A stretch of 62,983 nt of DNA, filler included, from Rhabdomonas costata (Eukaryota), in NCBI GenBank assembly GCA_019059605.1. It is 29 parts of 29 records of this genome, joined end to end, with 100 filler letters (N's around TTAATTAATTAA, not from the genome) between each part and the next. Parts side by side here need not be neighbours in the genome. Positions count along the whole stretch, not along the records: positions 60,910 to 62,983 come from JAHMHO010005859.1; 28 more parts are not named here. One strand, 5' to 3'. Positions within the stretch are counted from its first letter, which is position 1. Each line of letters begins with the position of its first letter. Shown here piece by piece: positions 61,693-62,983 of this stretch. A program made the translations under genes and the position numbers. The notes under the pieces are model-generated. The model was not told where the DNA came from. It saw only the letters and a program-made list of their open reading frames with translations, and made no database searches.

Positions 61693-62983
61693 GTGTGTGA
61701 GCCTGCGCCAGTGGGGCGTTTCGGAGTGGTGCGTTTTTGCGATGAGATTCGATCTCCAAAGCTGTGAGGATTTGACTCCCTATTCAGACTAGACCGTCTA
61801 TCACGGCCACGAGGGGTAGGCAGCCACAAGTGGTGTGAGAAGGCTTTGGTTTGCCAACATCTGCAACAAATGCTAATGCCCTTCCGGTACATTTCCGTGG
61901 ATGAGCCGGTCCAGATTTCGCGACAATTTATATTTTGACACGACGTGCAGAAGCTCGGGAGGTATTCCCGTGTGCCAGACGTGAGGTGCACTCACTGAAG
62001 TAAACGGGTTCCCTCGATCGACTTCCCTCCGTCACTCTCTGAGCAGGCGTCATGTCAATTTTATCACACGGTACAACATCTTTCAAGCTTGCTTGGTGGT
62101 TTTCGCGTACAAGAGATTCCACCCGGTCATCAACCATCGTGAAAGCTCAGAGTGAAGGGAACCCCTTTTTTCTTTTAATTCCCTTTTTCGCGTGCTCAGG
62201 ACGCGGTCTCGCCACTTCCCACCCGCCATTCTCGCGCTGCCCTGAACCCGTACATTCGGACCAAGGTAAACCCGGCAACAACAAAGGCCTGAAACCCCCG
62301 CCATTTGCACCGCTTTTGCTCGTACATGCCCCCCGTCTGTTGCTGTTCATTTTTGTCGATTGCATCACTCTGGATGCTCCGTTGGGTATCGTTGGAATTG
62401 TGCGGGAAATGACCTCTTCTTGTTGATTACTGTTCATTAGAGTTTTCCTTGTTGTAGAGCGGGGGAATGCCCCGCAATGCTTGCGGAGGGCAGTGGCCTA
62501 GTCAATGGACAACTCTGGCGCGTGCCCTTCACTTTTATGTGTGATGAACTTTGGGTCGCGCCAATGAGCGCCGTGGATGGACGCGGTTGTCGATCGTGCC
62601 ACTTTCTTGTTTCGGTTTTGAGTGACTTAGTATTGATTTTATTGGCCCTCCTCAAAGCTTTCCGTACCACGGTCCAGTTTTACCCCGTTTGGGAATTAGC
62701 TCCTTTTTCTTCCACTAAATTTGACATTCCTATTCCAACCTCAACTCCCCATGTTTGCTCAGGTTGGGGTCCACAAATTCTCCGCAGCCAGATTAAGTCT
62801 TATGAATGGCCAACTACCAGCTCGCTTTGTTGTCCCACGCACACACGCCTACTCCATCCTTTTTCCCAAAATTCCTCCCTGCTTGTCCAGCTCACGCTGA
62901 TTCCTTTTGGTTCTCTCCTCCTCTTCTGTGCCTTCCTGGGAAGGGAGTGTGGCCCCGGAAGATGCTGCCCAGCACCCCAACCC

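Overview
This window is not one continuous locus. It is 29 unrelated contigs of about 2.07-2.08 kb, joined by an artificial 100-nt spacer (N44-TTAATTAATTAA-N44, stops in all six frames). The DNA is from an intron-rich eukaryote with short GC-rich exons, degenerate donors (GTG(T/C)G most common) and several GC-AG introns; a euglenid-like protist is my inference. G/T-only contig starts, A/C-only contig ends and terminal fold-backs point to a whole-genome-amplified library. Splicing by hand recovers fragments of TTL, TatD, a divergent Rab-like GTPase, QNG1 (queuosine salvage), a glycosidase-like protein, calpain domain III, PPIP5K/Vip1, a PGM-like phosphatase, TSR4/PDCD2L, an ankyrin protein, a Sec7/BIG-type ARF-GEF, STT3, UFD2, CDC48, a metacaspase-like protein and several unknowns. 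Mobile DNA includes an LTR-retrotransposon gag whose downstream ORF carries a regularly spaced 11-nt motif array read in different frames, a decayed CRE-like non-LTR element interrupted by a MITE, and three interspersed repeat families each seen on two contigs. No CRISPR array, rRNA or tRNA was seen. All family calls come from motif recognition, not database searches.
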